Below are positions 9,282 to 19,658 of a stretch of 64,000 nt of DNA, piece by piece. Both the position numbers and the translations under genes were made by a program. The stretch comes from Candidatus Calescibacterium sp. (GTDB lineage Bacteria > Calescibacteriota > Calescibacteriia > Calescibacteriales > Calescibacteriaceae). Numbering within the stretch: the first letter of the stretch is position 1; every line of letters begins with the position of its first letter. The notes beneath the pieces were generated by a model. The model saw only the letters and a program-made list of their open reading frames with translations, did not search any database and was not told the origin of the DNA. The stretch lies in NCBI GenBank assembly GCA_025060505.1, contig JANXBU010000005.1:86910-150909 (forward strand), read 5' to 3'.

Positions 9282-12236
9282 CTAAACATAAAGATAATCT
9301 ATTTCTTGCAATAAATCTCTGAATAAAAAAGCACAAAGCCCCTGAATATACCTTTCAAAAAGTTCCATATTTGGACTCAAAATAAGGTTTATCTTCATTA
9401 TGTTCATATATGTTCTTAAATCAACTTTTTGGCCTGGTTTTGGAATATCTATTGAAGCAAGTTCTTCAAAAACATTTTCTCTGCTCCTCTCAAGTTCATA
9501 CGGTATTTTCGCATTCTTCCCCATTCTCCCATCAAAAAAATCAAAGATGCCATGAATCACAGCTCTGGCACTCTTATCAAAACTCAAGCTCAAAACAGTA
9601 AAGTATATTGCTCTTAACTTATCCAAAACCTCAAAAAAAGCTCCTTTCTTAAATTTTCCATTCAAAACCTGTTCCGAAAAGAAAAATAGAATGTTCCTGG
9701 TGAAATAGTATAGGTTTATTGGCTTCTCCAATATACCATAGTTCCCTCTTACCTTGTGATATATGAATGTATAGGGCGTATATATTGGATATATTCTATT
9801 GACCTTCAATCTCTCAAAAAAATCATTATCTTCAAAGTAAAGGAAAAAATCCTCTCTCAACATCCCAACTCTATCAAAAACCTCTGAGCGTAAAAATATG
9901 TTTGCTCCGGAAAGAAAGTTTGCTCTGAATAAACCGTAATCTTTTTCTTCAAATGGTTGCTCTGATGCTCTGACTCCGTCGTACTGAGCATAATTCGTCC
10001 CGTATATCTTGATCTTACAGGTTGCAACTGGAACATCTGTATAAAGCACAGTTTTCAGGAGCTCAAATGTTGTATCTTCAACTACTACAGTATCTGGATT
10101 CAGAAGCCATATATATTCAGTTCTCAACACTTCCCTTGCATACCTTATACCTATGTTGCATCCTGCAGCAAAGCCTTCATTTTGTGTCCTTATGATGTGA
10201 AAGTTATCTCCGAAAATCTTTTTTATCTCCCTAACTCTTTCATACTCATCTTCACTCTCGGAATTATCAACCACAACCATATTGATTTTTGGATATCTAG
10301 ACTTCAGAACAGACTCAGCAAGTTCTCTTAAATCCTCAGAAGAGTTATAGTTCACCGTAACAATGCATATCTCTGGCTTTGAACTGAGAACCTTTGCTCT
10401 GCTCACGAAAAATTCTTTGGTTTTCTTAGTTCCAGAAAAATCAAAAAGGAACCTAAACCTCGTTAGCTTCATATGTTCGTAAGGATAAAAATGGAATACT
10501 GAATTAGTAAAAAGCTTTTCCGGAAGCGGAACGTTACCGTATCCGTATTTATCAGATAATTTCTTAGCAAAGTTTATTATAGATAATTCATTTATCTTCC
10601 ACGAATCTATGTTTGATTTGAATGAAACTCCCCAAACATGCCTTACAAAAACAGAAGGAACAACTTTCATTTTCATACCCATCTCCGAAAGCCTCAAGCA
10701 AAAATCAAAGTCATCCATCCCAAGAATAAGTTTCTCATCAAAGTATCCCAATTTCTCAAGCACATCCTTTTTGGTCGCTATACAAAAGCCAGAAAGAAGC
10801 TTCTGATCTTCCTCTACCCCATCAAAAAAGTATCTCATCCATACAGGAGTATATTCCCAATTTAAACTTGAGTAGATTCCAACATTATTACCAGACATAG
10901 CCTTATCAGATACAGGACCAACAGCTCCAACATCTTCTTTTTTCAGTGTTTCATAAAAAACCTCAAGCCAATCTGGTGTTAGAATCACAGTATCTGGATT
11001 CAAAAAGACTACATACTTATTCCTACTTGCTCTTGCTCCCACATTAGCAGCTTTCGCATAAAAAATATTTTCTTTGTTGAAAATACACTTTACAAACTTA
11101 GAGCTTGTTTCAAATCTTTTGAGTATATCCTGAGTTTTATCTTCCGATGCATTATCTACAACTATAATCTCATCACCTTCCTTCAAAGTTTTCAGAACAC
11201 TTTCCAGACACTCCTGAATAGTATGCTGATTGTTGTATGTGACTATTACTACTGAAAATGGCTCTCTTGTTTTTCTAGAATTGATGTATAATAAATATGA
11301 AGCATCCTTACGAATTTTTTCAGCAAAACTCAAGATTATACTGTTCAATCTCTCAAGGAGATCTTTACGATTATTTTTGATAAGCATATCTCTTATGAGA
11401 AAGGCGTTAAGGATTACCTTTTCAATAGCTTGAGCTCTTTCTCTTTTTGAAAATTTAACATTCAAATACTCCAAAAACTCCTCTGAGAGAAATATCAGTT
11501 TTTCCTTAATTCCTATAATAGCTTTTTCCAAACTAAGCTGTTCATTCTCGTCAATTCTAAAGCCAAACAAATTTTTACTTGAGAGAAATATTTTTCCTCC
11601 TTTTCTTAAAACAGACATCCACAAAAACCAATGAAAGTTCACCGTAAAATCAAATTCACGAAATTTAAGACCATTGAGATCAATTTTTTTCTTTTTTATA
11701 AAAGGAAAAGCAACACATAGGTTTAAAGAACAAATAAGAGATTCTCTTATAAAATCCTGACCGTCCATAACAGTATCATTAAATAACCTGAAATACTCTA
11801 AATAGTAACTTCCCCAAAAACCAGGGTATTGTACAATTGGATTCAACTTTCTATCAATAAAAATAGTTCTTGAACATACCACATCAACTTCTGGAAAATC
11901 TAAGAAAGCTTTCTCAGAGGTTTCTATAGCTTGCGGGAAAAATATATCATCATCTCCCATAAGTCTTATGACGTCTCCCTCCAGTATACTCAGAAGTTTC
12001 CTGTAGCTCTGGAAAGCTCCAAGATTAACTTCATTCCTCAAATACTTTATGAATGGAAAATCTTTCTGAAACTCCAGAACCACCTTATAGTTTTCATCGG
12101 TCTTAGGATTATCATCTAAAACAATCACCTCATCTGGCAATCTTGTTTGAGAAGCTATTGAATACAGAGCTTGTCTCAAATACTTAGGACGATTATACGT
12201 CGGTATACCGACAGATATTTTCAACCTCCTGCTCAT
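9282..12236 (-). CDS. Multidomain glycosyltransferase (three tandem GT2-family domains)
   Basis: 984 aa. Three separate GT2 starts are visible, each followed by DxD-type segments: ISVGIPTYNRPKYLRQALYSIASQT...VIVLDDNP; FSVVIVTYNNQHTIQECLESV...IIVVDNASEDKT; ICIVTVNYNSSEDLRELAESV...MVVVDNSESEDE. Confidence 0.8.
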   Translation of the reverse strand: MSRRLKISVGIPTYNRPKYLRQALYSIASQTRLPDEVIVLDDNPKTDENYKVVLEFQKDFPFIKYLRNEVNLGAFQSYRKLLSILEGDVIRLMGDDDIFFPQAIETSEKAFLDFPEVDVVCSRTIFIDRKLNPIVQYPGFWGSYYLEYFRLFNDTVMDGQDFIRESLICSLNLCVAFPFIKKKKIDLNGLKFREFDFTVNFHWFLWMSVLRKGGKIFLSSKNLFGFRIDENEQLSLEKAIIGIKEKLIFLSEEFLEYLNVKFSKRERAQAIEKVILNAFLIRDMLIKNNRKDLLERLNSIILSFAEKIRKDASYLLYINSRKTREPFSVVIVTYNNQHTIQECLESVLKTLKEGDEIIVVDNASEDKTQDILKRFETSSKFVKCIFNKENIFYAKAANVGARASRNKYVVFLNPDTVILTPDWLEVFYETLKKEDVGAVGPVSDKAMSGNNVGIYSSLNWEYTPVWMRYFFDGVEEDQKLLSGFCIATKKDVLEKLGYFDEKLILGMDDFDFCLRLSEMGMKMKVVPSVFVRHVWGVSFKSNIDSWKINELSIINFAKKLSDKYGYGNVPLPEKLFTNSVFHFYPYEHMKLTRFRFLFDFSGTKKTKEFFVSRAKVLSSKPEICIVTVNYNSSEDLRELAESVLKSRYPKINMVVVDNSESEDEYERVREIKKIFGDNFHIIRTQNEGFAAGCNIGIRYAREVLRTEYIWLLNPDTVVVEDTTFELLKTVLYTDVPVATCKIKIYGTNYAQYDGVRASEQPFEEKDYGLFRANFLSGANIFLRSEVFDRVGMLREDFFLYFEDNDFFERLKVNRIYPIYTPYTFIYHKVRGNYGILEKPINLYYFTRNILFFFSEQVLNGKFKKGAFFEVLDKLRAIYFTVLSLSFDKSARAVIHGIFDFFDGRMGKNAKIPYELERSRENVFEELASIDIPKPGQKVDLRTYMNIMKINLILSPNMELFERYIQGLCAFLFRDLLQEIDYLYV

Positions 12237-12253
12237 CCTAAAACCTCAACAAA

Positions 12254-14101
12254 TCATACCCTCTGCAAGAAAGTCCAGAACCAGCTTGGATCCTTAAGAT
12301 TGAGTAGCTTTTCTTTATTTTTCATAAGCCCCCAGAAATCCAAATTTTGAATTTCCTCATCTGTCATATCTATGGTAGATTCAGGCTTTCCTTTCATAAC
12401 TATTCCAACTCCAAAGTCACAGTTAAGAACAGCACAGAAAAGATCACCTCTTCTTCTGATGTTTATAACAGATTTATACACCTCACCAGACCATGCGCCC
12501 TGAAAATCTGGGTATTTTATAGCATCCTCCAAAGTAGGAGCTGCACAGGATGGAGATATAGGCAGACAGTCGTGTAAAATCATAATTCCGCCATCATTCA
12601 GATAATTCAAGCAATTCAGAATATCCTTCAAAGACTGCTTATACGTATGACCCCCATCTATAAGAGCTATATCTATGCCGTTTTTCAATAGTTCATCAGG
12701 AGGATTTCTGAAAAAATCATCGGACGAGATTTCAAAAAAGACTTCATTTTCCGAGTTTCTGAAACCACCAGGTATTTTGAAGTTCAAATCCACAGCTATT
12801 TTCTTTGGACACTTTATCTGGAAGAAATTCAAACCTCTTTCAACTCCTATCTCAACATAATTTCTGTATTTCTTTTTATCGATCAGATGTTGAATTACCG
12901 TTGTTCTATTTAATATTCTGTTTTTCATCTGGTATTCGAGAATCTGTTCAAATCTTTTCTGAGATGTAGTAACGAATCCATATCCTCTTGGTAAAACAGC
13001 CCACATAAGTTTTGCTCTTATATATTCGCTAGTATTTGCTTGATTCAAAAATGATATTTTATCCCAACACTCCTCAGCAAGTATCCAAAATCCTATTTTT
13101 TGAGAAAAATCTGAGAGCATGTGCACGTATGAAACATTCTCATCAACTATTTTTTTACATTCAATGCGAACAGATTCAAGAAAATTTCTTACAACTGTAT
13201 TGATATCACCAGTTAAAAGGTTGGACTGAACGAAATTTATAAGATTATTGATGAAATTACTTACGTAAACAAGATTGTTTTGTTCTACTGGTCTTGAAGA
13301 AAGAATGTTAAGAGATAACTCCATACCAGGCATCAGATTCTTATTTTCCCAAAATATTTCTAGTGCTTTTAATTTCAGTGTAAAATTTTCCGGATGGGCA
13401 CGAATTCCTGTTGTTATGTAGGATTCAGCGAGTTTGCCCTGTTTAGCTGAAATGAGAATATCAGCTGAGTTTATAAAATACTCCGGAGATAAAATGTGAT
13501 CAGGTCTCTGTGGTATATTTATAGCGGAAAGATAAGCCTTGTATCCTGCTCTTTTGTTTTGAAACTGCTTGGAACCCGATTTCTTCTTCATAACTCCGAA
13601 TGTGTGTTGCCATGGTAAAACACCAGCAGCTAAATGTGTTTCAATAACTTCAAAATTCCCCCACTTTGCCAGAGCATTTATTCCATCTGGTAATATACGC
13701 CAGCAATCAACAGGATGCCTGTGAGCTGGACCAGATGACGGGGCAATAATACAAAACAAACCATCAGGCTTCAGAATTCTAGAAATTTCCCTTATGGTGA
13801 TCCAAGGAAACTCAATATGCTCAAACGTAGCAGATGTAATAACAACATCTGCAATATTATCTTCAAGCTCCTTCCAGTTGTAAGGATCAGATAAAACAAT
13901 ATCAACATTATTTTGTTTTTCCAAATCAACTCCTATATACTTCCAATTTGGCCTGTTGAAAAACTGACGCAAAGTTCCTAAATCCTCTTGACCTGCCACA
14001 AGAGCAGAACCAATATCAATTATAGTAATCTCCTGATCTTTCACATCATCTAAATAATTTTCCACAAATGATTTGCCATACAAAAGAGACATTGGATCCA
14101 T
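12254..14101 (-). CDS. Dual-domain SAM-dependent methyltransferase
   Basis: 615 aa. The N-terminal half resembles a class I methyltransferase (..VITSATFEHIEFPWITIREISRILKPDGLFCIIAP). The C-terminal half resembles a TylF/CmcI-like (Methyltransf_24-type) domain (..IALIDGGHTYKQSLKDILNCLNYLNDGGIMILHDC). Confidence 0.7.
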   Translation of the reverse strand: MDPMSLLYGKSFVENYLDDVKDQEITIIDIGSALVAGQEDLGTLRQFFNRPNWKYIGVDLEKQNNVDIVLSDPYNWKELEDNIADVVITSATFEHIEFPWITIREISRILKPDGLFCIIAPSSGPAHRHPVDCWRILPDGINALAKWGNFEVIETHLAAGVLPWQHTFGVMKKKSGSKQFQNKRAGYKAYLSAINIPQRPDHILSPEYFINSADILISAKQGKLAESYITTGIRAHPENFTLKLKALEIFWENKNLMPGMELSLNILSSRPVEQNNLVYVSNFINNLINFVQSNLLTGDINTVVRNFLESVRIECKKIVDENVSYVHMLSDFSQKIGFWILAEECWDKISFLNQANTSEYIRAKLMWAVLPRGYGFVTTSQKRFEQILEYQMKNRILNRTTVIQHLIDKKKYRNYVEIGVERGLNFFQIKCPKKIAVDLNFKIPGGFRNSENEVFFEISSDDFFRNPPDELLKNGIDIALIDGGHTYKQSLKDILNCLNYLNDGGIMILHDCLPISPSCAAPTLEDAIKYPDFQGAWSGEVYKSVINIRRRGDLFCAVLNCDFGVGIVMKGKPESTIDMTDEEIQNLDFWGLMKNKEKLLNLKDPSWFWTFLQRV

Positions 14102-14151
14102 GCTATATCTTCTCCTTTAGCTTACACTCCCAAAACTCTCATGCTTAAAAT

Positions 14152-14799
14152 TCATCTTATCCTTAACAAATATCCCTTCGGATTCCAAGTTATCGGGAAC
14201 TCAAGGTCTCTATCTATCTCAAAATCTTTATTTTCCTGTAGGAAAACTTCTATAGCTTCATATGGACCCGGAAAAGGTCCCAAAGATAAACCATGCCAGC
14301 ATATTGAATCCTCAATAATTATATAACCACCGGGTTTGACTATTTGGCTGTATAACCTCAAAATCTTCAAAGTATTATCATAGGTGTGAGAACTATCTTC
14401 TATAACAATACAAAATGAGTCTCCAACTATATTCTTAACTTTTTCAAAAAGATCACAAGCATCTCCCTCCATAAGCGTTATTCTCGGGTGTTCCCTCACC
14501 TGGGAAGGTATATTTTTTTGATTTATATCTATTCCTATGATCTTTCCTTTTCCAAGAAGGTCACAGATGTGAGCCAGAGCAAGCGTTGAACCCCCCATAT
14601 AGTTTCCTATCTCAATAACATAATCTGGTCTCAGACACCAAAGTATCTCCTGATATATCCAAAAATCATATGGATGCTTTTGAGTCTTAACACCAAACCA
14701 AGTGTTTCTTTTTGTAATCCTATCTTGTATAATAGGCAAAATCTCATACAAAGGATTACTGAGCATCTCTTCCATAAATTTCCTCACTTTCATCTTCAA
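14152..14799 (-). CDS. CmcI / rhamnosyl-O-methyltransferase family protein (cephalosporin hydroxylase family fold)
   Basis: 215 aa. TWFGVKTQKHPYDFWIYQEI...VIEIGNYMGGSTLALAHI...GIDIN...VIEDSSHTY...VKPGGYIIIEDS is characteristic of the CmcI / macrocin-O-methyltransferase-like family. Confidence 0.7.
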   Translation of the reverse strand: MKMKVRKFMEEMLSNPLYEILPIIQDRITKRNTWFGVKTQKHPYDFWIYQEILWCLRPDYVIEIGNYMGGSTLALAHICDLLGKGKIIGIDINQKNIPSQVREHPRITLMEGDACDLFEKVKNIVGDSFCIVIEDSSHTYDNTLKILRLYSQIVKPGGYIIIEDSICWHGLSLGPFPGPYEAIEVFLQENKDFEIDRDLEFPITWNPKGYLLRIR

Positions 14800-15118
14800 T
14801 TAATTTTATAATTTAGCATATGTTTATACCAGATCTAAATCAACTGGAGTTTCTGATCATTCCTCCACTGAAATAACAATTTGATTCTGAACGCCGGTTT
14901 TAAACTCTTTACCATAGTACAGCAAAACAGCCAAGAATTCTCGAAATCTCTTATATTTTTTGTATATTTCCCCACAGAATCCTAACTCTGCAATAAGTTC
15001 CGAAAGTCAACTTAAGGTAAAAACCTATAACTTTAACAAAACAGGCTGTTTTCAGAATTGTACAAATGTAATATAATTGATGGGATAGTACAATCTCCGA
15101 GTGTTCCAAACAAGCGAT

Positions 15119-16183
15119 TCATAGAATCAAATTCCTTGAACTCTGTAATATAATAAAATCAACAACAGCATTATGTCTTTTGCGAATTTCTTCTTTTATA
15201 ATTTTGCTGTTCCGCATAACAAGAGTTTCATGTTTCCTAAAATTTTCTATGTCTTCATTGTTCAAAACAAACCTGTTTTCGGAATTGAAAAATTCTTCAA
15301 ATAACCTTTCATTAGATTCTCTATAATAGTCTATAATCTTGATTCTCTGATCAGTATTGATCAGATACTTCAGAACACTTCCATTCTTCTGATCTATTGT
15401 CAGAAGTAAATCTATTATCTTCTTTCTAATTCCAGAAGGAACATTGTGATTCAAATTAAATTCGTATAAAACTATGGTAGACTCTGGAGAAAGAGATGTG
15501 TAAACATCGGAGTATTCTTCTTGGTGGAAATTAATGCTTATTCCGATAATTCTTTCAAAGAAGTCAGAAACAATATTACCATTTATAAGAATTTTTCTAT
15601 CATATATCAAAGGTATTACATCTATGTCCTCACCCTCGATATACTCTTTCAAACGTAAAATGTATTCATAGTATTTTGGTACTTCTTTATAGTCCTCAAT
15701 AAAATCCTTTATATCTATTGCCAATCTCAAAGTATCATCTCTTACTGTCTGCTTATAATAAGATTCCAAGAATTCATCTTGCCTACGAACATACAATACC
15801 AATTTCACCTTCTGAAATTCCTTGGAAAGATCTTTGACAAAATCTGCAAGGTTTTTTAAAGGAGTTAATACAAAAAATTCTGAACTTAACATAAGAATTT
15901 TTGGTTTCACAGATTCAACTTCAGATAAAACGCATTTCATTATACTCTGATAATCTGCTAGCTTATGATATTCAACAACATATCCACCGATCGGGATCAT
16001 ATTTTGTCCAAGAGAAAGAGCAAGAGGATAGTGAGACTCTGAAAAACATTCACCTAACGCTGCTCCTGAGATCGGGTACAAAATACCATAATTTTGCAAC
16101 AGTTGAACTCTATTTCTTGTAAGGAATGACTGTAGCGCAGTCGTTCCCGTTTTAGGATAACCTATGTGAATAATGCAATCCAC
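15119..16183 (-). CDS. Sulfotransferase-family protein (putative; PAPS-binding P-loop-like N-terminus)
   Basis: 354 aa. The N-terminus IHIGYPKTGTTALQSFL resembles the 5'-phosphosulfate-binding loop (PKTGTT) of bacterial Stf0-like sulfotransferases. A paralogue is at 38050-38835. Confidence 0.5.
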   Translation of the reverse strand: MDCIIHIGYPKTGTTALQSFLTRNRVQLLQNYGILYPISGAALGECFSESHYPLALSLGQNMIPIGGYVVEYHKLADYQSIMKCVLSEVESVKPKILMLSSEFFVLTPLKNLADFVKDLSKEFQKVKLVLYVRRQDEFLESYYKQTVRDDTLRLAIDIKDFIEDYKEVPKYYEYILRLKEYIEGEDIDVIPLIYDRKILINGNIVSDFFERIIGISINFHQEEYSDVYTSLSPESTIVLYEFNLNHNVPSGIRKKIIDLLLTIDQKNGSVLKYLINTDQRIKIIDYYRESNERLFEEFFNSENRFVLNNEDIENFRKHETLVMRNSKIIKEEIRKRHNAVVDFIILQSSRNLIL

Positions 16184-16505
16184 ACTTTAATCTATCGGAA
16201 AAAGTTTGCAAAAAATAAAGAATATTCGGGAAATCTTGAAAGTATTCGAAGAGCTATCTACAAACTGATTTGCTACTAATGCACAATTATAACTTCTACT
16301 TTTAACTTTTTTAACCTTCAAAGAGCTCTTTTATATTGATACACCCAAAACTATTTAGCAACAAAGGACAGAATTCAACTACGAAGTCGTCTTTACAAAG
16401 TATTCAAATATTACAAACTTTCCAAAGTTTTACATCTACAAAAGAGCAATAAATTTTATTTAAAGCGAAAAAAGATTCCAGCTCAATATTAAATTCTTTA
16501 CCTAT

Positions 16506-17084
16506 ATGAAAATAGGTCTTATTGGCGGAACATTTGATCCTCCGCACATTGCCCACCTTGTTGGAGCAAGAAGAGCGCTTGAGCAGCTAAAACTTGATAA
16601 GGTTATATTTGTTCCAAACAATATACCTCCTCACAAGCCACAAGCTGTTGCGAGTCAATCACAGAGATTAGAGATGGTAAAACTTGCTGTAGAATATGAA
16701 AAAAACTTCGAAGTCTCTGACTTTGAAATACAGAAGGGAGGTGTTTCGTACACAGTTGAAACAGTCGAACACTTTTACAAAAAGGGATACGAAATATTTT
16801 TACTTATAGGTCAAGATTCACTAGTAAACTTCCATACATGGAAAGAATATGAAAAAATATTACAGATGTGCAAACTTGGCTGGTTTCCGAGAATGAACGA
16901 AAACAGCAAAACAGAAAAAAAAATAAACCAAAAAGTTCTTGAAAAATCTATAAGAATAAACTCCGAAATCATCGAAGTTTCTTCATCAAGAATAAGAGAA
17001 TACATAAAGAAAGGCATATCTATAAGATGGATCGTTCCAGACAAAGTTATAGAATACATAAACCAAAAACAATTGTACAAATAA
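16506..17084 (+). CDS. nadD: Nicotinate-nucleotide adenylyltransferase
   Basis: 192 aa. IGLIGGTFDPPHIAHL (HxGH nucleotidyltransferase motif), ...FVPNNIPPHK, C-terminal SSSRIRE. Confidence 0.85.
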   Translation: MKIGLIGGTFDPPHIAHLVGARRALEQLKLDKVIFVPNNIPPHKPQAVASQSQRLEMVKLAVEYEKNFEVSDFEIQKGGVSYTVETVEHFYKKGYEIFLLIGQDSLVNFHTWKEYEKILQMCKLGWFPRMNENSKTEKKINQKVLEKSIRINSEIIEVSSSRIREYIKKGISIRWIVPDKVIEYINQKQLYK

Positions 17085-17132
17085 AGAGATCACAAATGTT
17101 ATTAATCGCGATATATTAACAACACGATGTAG

Positions 17133-18281
17133 TCAGTATATACTCAATTTTATTTCCTGTGAATCTATTGAGCTGGAGTTGATTGAAAAAACCCGAGCCT
17201 TTATTCTCTTCTGACCAGATAAAGCTCCCCACCAATTCGATACAACAAATGTTCCAATAGCCGGAAAAGTAGAGTTCATCGGAAAGATATTTCCAACCTT
17301 TACCTGTGAATCATCGACAAGCAGAACAACAGATGTAGCCTGCTCAGGCATAGCATAGAAACCAAAAACATTACAGTAGGGAGTGATGTTGCAAGTAGTT
17401 TTCTGCAAACTCATGCCATCAAAGGGATAAACCACAGAAACAGTCCCCGCAAACGGATACGTGACATAAATCGGATAGGTCACATAAACTGTCTGACCAG
17501 ATGGAAAAGAAACTCCACCACTATATATGAAAGGTATAATATTTATCGCAGTAGTAATACCTGATGTATGTGAAACAAAAGCTCTTATTGTGGCTGAACT
17601 TGACAGACCTGTTTCATCTGTTGCTACAATCCTCAAAATGTTTTTTCCCTCCTGAAAATCTAAAGTGTTCCAAAGAAAAGACCAAACATATGTAGCTCGC
17701 AAGTTGTAAGTGTTTTTAGTACCGTTCTCAGAATATATTTCCAATTTCACATCCGTGATTTTGCTCGGATGTAGAGACACGCCGACAACAGGAAAAACTC
17801 CAAAAACATCTTGCCCATCTTGCGGTAATATGAAAGACGAAAAAACTGGTATATACATCAAAATAGAGCTAACATCGTTCAGATCAAAAGAATTTCTTAT
17901 AGTGACCTCAACCGAATCAGAGCTGGTGTTCCCAGAGGAATCATATGTTGTAGCTTTCAGAACATATCTTCCATCAGAAAAATCTTTTGTTTTGAGCACA
18001 AAATACCATCTTTTTTCCTTACTCACTTCAAGACCAAATGTTTTTGAGATTTGATCTGAACTAACAGATAAAACAACTTTGGTTATCTCATCGGGATGCA
18101 ATGATACTCCAACAACCGGAGTATCGCCAAAAATAACAGCACCGCTGTAAGGATATATGAACAGGCTGTAGCAACTCTGACAAGATTTTACCTCTTGATT
18201 TCTCTGCGTACATTCCGAAACGAAAAATATTAAAATGATAAAAACAAAAAGAGATACTGCTCCATAAACTTTTCTGTTCAT
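17133..18281 (-). CDS. Secreted/cell-surface protein with tandem Ig-like repeats
   Basis: ORF 17133-18323. A plausible signal peptide starts at MNRKVYGAVSLFVFIILIFFVSEC (ATG ~18281). Two internal repeats (IFGDTPVVGVSLHPDEITKV / VFGVFPVVGVSLHPSKITDV), Ser/Thr-rich. Confidence 0.45.
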   Translation of the reverse strand: MNRKVYGAVSLFVFIILIFFVSECTQRNQEVKSCQSCYSLFIYPYSGAVIFGDTPVVGVSLHPDEITKVVLSVSSDQISKTFGLEVSKEKRWYFVLKTKDFSDGRYVLKATTYDSSGNTSSDSVEVTIRNSFDLNDVSSILMYIPVFSSFILPQDGQDVFGVFPVVGVSLHPSKITDVKLEIYSENGTKNTYNLRATYVWSFLWNTLDFQEGKNILRIVATDETGLSSSATIRAFVSHTSGITTAINIIPFIYSGGVSFPSGQTVYVTYPIYVTYPFAGTVSVVYPFDGMSLQKTTCNITPYCNVFGFYAMPEQATSVVLLVDDSQVKVGNIFPMNSTFPAIGTFVVSNWWGALSGQKRIKARVFSINSSSIDSQEIKLSIY

Positions 18282-18347
18282 ACAAAAATAGTATAATACA
18301 CAGCTTATGGAACCGGCAAACAAATCATTATAGAATTGTCCAAAAAA

Positions 18348-19658
18348 TTACCTATTTTGAATCAATTTTATAAGGTAGTCATCTGGTGGTATGTGTTGAA
18401 CATCTTTACACATATTTGAGAGAAGATTTCTAAAAGCAGATTCTAAAGATTCACGAGGGCTGCTTCCCCCTCCTTTACCATATTTCGTTGTTTTGAAAAC
18501 TGTTTCTTTTCCACCCTTGAGAACCGATATTTCTGCCGATATACCGACTATGTAAAATGGATTTCCTCTAAAATCTTTTCCTGCACTCTCCACCTTAACG
18601 TTGGGAGATGCCTGTAGAATGTAATCCGGATTAGAAGACAGCTCAATTCCGTATTTAGAAAGACAACTTGCCAGAAAATCTTGAATAGCCTTGCTCTCAC
18701 TTGAAACCTTAAAATACTTTTTATCTCTCAAAGATACATAAACGTAAGCCGTAGATTTGACCTCTGGCATAGCAGAACTTATCTCTATTCTGTTTCTGTT
18801 TGCTACAAAAATTGGAGAGGAAAAACTAGCAAGCCCCTTATCATCTGTTGACTGAAAAAGATCTGAACCTACAAGAAGATCCTGAAATCTTGCAACAATC
18901 GGAAAGTTTTTCGCAGGTTTTCCGTCTTTTGTCAAAACCCTGACCCGAATTGAAACAAAAGTAAATGGCTCTGAGAAAATCAGCTCCTCATTCTCAACCT
19001 GAATACTCAGAATATCAGAAAAATTTAATATTTTTGTATTAATCATTTCCTGAAACGAAGGAAAGAGACTGCCAGATAGCATAGATAAAAGAGCTACTTC
19101 CGGTTCAAGCTCAGCATATCTTTTCTTTGCATCTTTTAGTTTTGATATAGCCCTGAAAACCTCTCCATTCGCTATATCTTCTTCGACTGTTTTGAACATT
19201 TTGGTCACTTCAAGCTCCTTTTCAGATAGCCTCATTCTTATTTTCTTTGAGTACTCAGCCTTATCAAGAATAGCAAGGGAATACCAAATATTCTCTTTCT
19301 TATCCTCATATCTTTGAACCAACTGAATTCCTGCCATCTCCCCCTCAATCATACTTTCTATTTTTCCTACAACTTGCTCCTCCATCTGAAAACTCTCCTG
19401 TTTTCCTGTTCCCATCTCCATCTTAGCTCTATGCTCAAGCTTAGATTTCATCTGCAACCTTATTTGTTTGAATATTTCCTGCCTAGCAGAATCATCTGCC
19501 TGATTGATATTCATACCATATCCTACTCCAACTATATATCTCTTTGGATCATAAAGCTTATAAGGTTCATAAACCCACTGAGGTCTGGAGGAACCTCCGC
19601 AAGCGAAAGGAATTAAAGCATAAACATGAAGAAAAAACAAATAAAACTTTTTAATCAT
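18348..19658 (-). CDS. Hypothetical lipoprotein
   Basis: 436 aa. Signal peptide with Cys (ALIPFACGGSS). No recognised catalytic motif. Confidence 0.45.
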   Translation of the reverse strand: MIKKFYLFFLHVYALIPFACGGSSRPQWVYEPYKLYDPKRYIVGVGYGMNINQADDSARQEIFKQIRLQMKSKLEHRAKMEMGTGKQESFQMEEQVVGKIESMIEGEMAGIQLVQRYEDKKENIWYSLAILDKAEYSKKIRMRLSEKELEVTKMFKTVEEDIANGEVFRAISKLKDAKKRYAELEPEVALLSMLSGSLFPSFQEMINTKILNFSDILSIQVENEELIFSEPFTFVSIRVRVLTKDGKPAKNFPIVARFQDLLVGSDLFQSTDDKGLASFSSPIFVANRNRIEISSAMPEVKSTAYVYVSLRDKKYFKVSSESKAIQDFLASCLSKYGIELSSNPDYILQASPNVKVESAGKDFRGNPFYIVGISAEISVLKGGKETVFKTTKYGKGGGSSPRESLESAFRNLLSNMCKDVQHIPPDDYLIKLIQNR

